36,999 nucleotides of DNA from Asterionella formosa (Eukaryota). The stretch covers positions 1 through 36,999 of the forward strand of contig NKIB01015257.1 in NCBI GenBank assembly GCA_002256025.1. Direction: 5' to 3'. Within the stretch, counting starts at the first letter, position 1. Every line of letters begins with the position of its first letter. Under the pieces are notes generated by a model that made no database searches, was not told the origin of the DNA, and saw only the letters and a list, made by a program, of their open reading frames with translations. The position numbers were made by a program, and so were the translations under genes. Shown here one piece after another: positions 33,339 through 36,999 of this stretch.

Positions 33339-35204
33339 AACGGGTTAATGTGGATTGTAGTTTACTATGATGTTCGATGAATTGTGAGTTCGGTGTATAA
33401 TTGGATTGGAGGAAACATCAGGACGAGCAAGCTTCGAGACGTAGACTTATCCTGCAAAACATTTTGATGTAATTATACAAGACAGTTCAACAATCCCATT
33501 AGTGACAAAGCAAATATTGCACCTATTTCATTTACTAGGAGTAGGCAGAGTCCTCCCGAGTAGGGTCTTACGTAGGCAATTCACAAACTAGCTATCGGCA
33601 CGCTTTTCGCCACTACATTGCCCTTTCTGTTAACTTTGAAAACCTATTTAAGATATCTTGGATGATGGATGCAAACTAGCCAACTGCCCTTCATATAAAA
33701 CAAATATTGTATATTTCATATGTACAGTTTCTGGATTACTCAATCCTGCAATTTCCCATCATATGAAACTTATTTTGTATACTCCATATGCTCCGTTTTT
33801 GACTGCCAAACTCCCTTCAATATTTTCAATAGCCCCTGGATTTGCAAATGGACTGCCATTTATTTAAGGGAAATGAATAACTGACAGTGAAGGCATGAAA
33901 TCATGGTTTTCTATTAAGTGCTGACAAAAATTTCACTATTTACATCCCTGCTATCTTCCAGCATGCTCCGAGGTATAACAACTCTGTTCGTTGATGTCTC
34001 AAACATCGACTCTTCATCAAATGGATCTGGCTGGTTGTTGGATAATTCGACTTCTTATGGGGTTCATATCGTCGCATCCTGCTTGCTTCGTCACAGTGGT
34101 GCCAAAATTTCGGTTCCCCTTTCTGTTGATTTCCGATAGCCTTTCCAGCCAAATACTTCTCTAGATTTGATTTGTAAGTGATAAATAAATTAATGATGGT
34201 TCAAAAGCGACCTCAATCAGTTGTTGAGTATCAAAACTCAAAATGTTATGGTAGGTCAAAGTTAGGCTTCCATCTTGTCATTGAACCGGTATTTTCGTCA
34301 GATATGATCAGCCATTAAATTTTAACTATAATTTTGTAGGATGTTTTCTATGTGTCCTACACTATCTCAAATCAGATCTCAGCAGCAAGTTTTAGTGCTC
34401 ATGATGTGTTGGCTTTTTTCCGCTGCTCTACAATAGTAATGTTTCATTGCTTTCTAATCACAACATTACTTTTGTTACTTCTGCATAATCATCTACAATG
34501 ACAACGAAAAGTCGTCAATCTCAATGAGCTATCGCGAAGTCAGCAAAGCAGCCGGAACATGATCGAACCAGTGTTCTGCATGAACTCGTATTCAACAAGG
34601 AAGAGAGGACAGGTACGTGCTTGTTGATTGTTGTTGTCATGTTTGACTTCCCGCCATGGTCGAGCATGCTAATTATAATACATATCATTTCTTTCTCTTC
34701 AGAGCGTTGATGAAAGCACCCGTCATGTTACTCCTCCACTTCCTGACAATGGCAACAAATCACCATCCACTAGTCAAACCCTTGTCCAATGAGGTGAAGT
34801 ATATTGCCAGTTGATTATTATTGTTTTTCACAAGGTATAATATACACGCACTGACATTATTTGTTTCCGTTTCTTGCTTCCCAATGCTAGCAAAGCCACT
34901 TAATTCGAAACTCGCACGAAAATTATAAAGTCTTCAGGATGCCAACAATGTCGGCAACATATCTTGCCAGCAGCAACAATATATATTACTCCATTGCTCC
35001 CCTGTGCAAAGTACCGTATATAACTGCAAGTGCGTGGTTGACGAAATCTTGCTGAACCAAAGAGTTAGCTCCTATTTTCTCAGCAGATCAGTTAAATTTT
35101 TTTTGTTTAAGGTTCCTGTATGATAAAATATATGGAATCCAACGAATCGAGAATCAATATTCTTAGTAGTGATTAGAAACCAAGACCCAAAAACATCTCG
35201 TCAT

Positions 35205-35383
35205 TTATTGACAAATGACTGGAGATGTTTACTTATTGACAAATGACTGGACTGGAGATGTTTACTTATTGACAAATGACTGGAGATGTTACTTATTGAC
35301 AAGTGAATCAGATGCTCACTTATTGTCAAAAGAATAAGTGCTGCTCACTTATTGTCAAATGAATATGCTTACTTATTGTCAAA
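35205..35383. repeat. Tandem array of seven TTATTG(A/T)CAA-core units (24-33 bp) in the putative LTR
   Basis: Three near-identical TTATTGACAAATGACTGGAGATGTT(T)AC units (one with a 5-bp internal duplication), followed by progressively diverged copies. Confidence 0.9.
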
Positions 35384-35567
35384 GTAAGCAAGATCATTTT
35401 GACGGGATCAAGGAAAGTGTGAGAAGTCTTGTTCGGGATTACATGAGTAATCAGGCAAGAACAAGACTAGATAGACTATTAACAGAAAGCTCACAATATT
35501 ACAAAGTGTAAAGTGAAAATACGTTTTCAGCTTTAGAGATCTTAAAAGTAAGATCTGTGATATTTAG

Positions 35568-36999
35568 GCTAAAGCAAAAAGTGTTCCTAAAATCACTATG
35601 AGCAAGGCTACTCAACCGGGCGAACGTTTGTGCACAGATATCAGCGGTCCATATAAAAAGTCGATTTTAGGAAATGACTATTGGATCCTTGTTGTTGATG
35701 ATTACACCGGAAAATCTTGGAGTTTCTTTGTTAAGAAGAAGTCACAGCTTGCTTCAAAGATTGAAGATTTGTTGACTAAACTCAAAACGGCTGAGTATGT
35801 TACCAAGTTTCTCCGTTGTGACAATGCGGGTGAAAACGTCTCAGGTTTGACAAAACTATGCGAGAAATTCAATATTCAAATCGAATTTACGGCACCCTAC
35901 ACACCACAACAGAATGGAATTGTGGAGCGAAAGTTTGTAACCATTCGTCAACGAGCATGTGCAGCAATGTTTGCTGCAAAATTTAATGATGAATTTCAAG
36001 GTTTACTTTGGGCAGAGGCCATCAACACCAACACACGAATCACGAACATTGTGGCCACATCTAATGATGTAAAAAGTGCAGATGATAAGTTTTACAAAAA
36101 GGTTCCAATGATTTACGATCATCTAATGCATTTTGGCAGGATCGGATGGGTGAAAATTGGTGCTAAGAAAACAAATAAACTCGAAGAAAAGGCCATTAAA
36201 TGTGTGATGGTTGGTTATTCTCATGATCATGCTGGAGACACTTACCGAATGTTTAACCCTCAGACAAGAAAGATTTTAAATAGTCGAAACATTCGCTGGG
36301 CTGATTGGCATGGCCAAACAAGTCCAATCGCAGGTTTGAGGGATTTCAATGTGGAAGGGGACACAGAAGTGGTTGTTATTCCAATTGATGATGAAAAGCA
36401 GGACGAAGATGTTCTTCCTGTTGTCCCACCAATCCAGCAGGATGTTGATTTGGAAACACCTGTTCCAGTTGTGAAACAAACAAGATTTCAGCTATCCGAA
36501 GCAGTGGGGAAGTTAGGTGATGAGATCAACAAAGATGCTTCGAAGAAAGCAAAATTGGAACGAGAATTGAAACGCCTTGATGGTTGGAAAGAAGTTACTG
36601 GCAAACGCAGTGCTCGGCGCAGCTTACAACTAGATGACAAGGACAAAGGATCAATTGAAGAAATAGATTATTCTGAAGCGGCCTATCAAGATGATGATGA
36701 ACTATTTCAAAGTGAAGAAGGAGTAGAGAGGTTCTATGCATATTCTACAACGCTTGCTTCCGATCCTGGGGAGCCAAAGCATTACAAGGAGGCTATGAAA
36801 GGAGACGAGAGCAAGCAGTGGACCGTTGCTATTAAAAATGAAATCAACAATTTCTACAAGCGAAATGTTTGGAAAATGGTTCCTCGTGACAATCTCAAGG
36901 GCAGAAAACCCTTAGGCACACGCTGGGTATTCAAGAAGAAATCCGAGCAGGATAAGAGTATTCGATACAAAGGACGTATTGTAGTGAAAGGCTACGTTC
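35568..36999 (+). CDS. pol: Copia Pol, partial: integrase core (rve), SH3-like region, linker and N-terminus of reverse transcriptase
   Basis: Uninterrupted 477-codon frame with no stop before the window end, so it is missing from the ORF track. It reads PGERLCTDISGP..YWILVVDDYT..LRCDNAGE..TAPYTPQQNGIVER..LWAEA..KCVMVGYS..YRMFNP..EPKHYKEA..EINNFYKRNVW..TRWVFKKK..YKGRIVVKGY. Confidence 0.95.

Larger units (their letters stand above)
35117..36999 (+). mobile_element. Ty1/copia LTR retrotransposon, internally deleted, running off the window end
   Basis: The putative LTR begins TGTATGA at 35117 (inferred) and holds a tandem array. It is followed directly by integrase and the start of RT in copia order. 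Confidence 0.85.

Noticed and set aside
35205..35383. CRISPR-like repeat-spacer appearance
   Set aside because: The spacers are related to each other and too short, the conserved core is only about 10-12 bp, there are no cas genes, and the context is a eukaryotic retrotransposon.

Overview
Eukaryotic nuclear DNA, most likely from a diatom: there are short GT-AG introns, bipartite plastid presequences with ASAF-like cleavage sites, and a diatom CoDi-type Ty1/copia relic. Nine protein genes can be modelled: a 4-exon, ~1658-aa protein with a split SET-like domain and a C-terminal MBD-like motif; MYG1; TYW2; plastid chlD (3 exons); RAD17 (3 exons); a tandem flavin-reductase-like protein; a SNF2/BRM remodeller with a bromodomain (2 exons); plastid BolA (2 exons); and a secreted Lys/Ser/Pro-repeat protein with silaffin/cingulin-like features. 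The AT-rich spacers hold decayed repeats. These are an SdrD-B repeat pseudogene, a hairpin flanked by telomere-like sequence, a MITE family with an 18-bp TIR and CAG target duplication, a CoDi protease-to-integrase relic, and several minisatellites. At the right edge is a Ty1/copia element whose putative LTR is joined directly to an open integrase-RT frame. The most striking unexplained pattern is palindromic GGTACC(A/T)/TACCGGTA repeat clusters upstream of essentially every gene start. All calls come from reading motifs by eye; no database searches were run.
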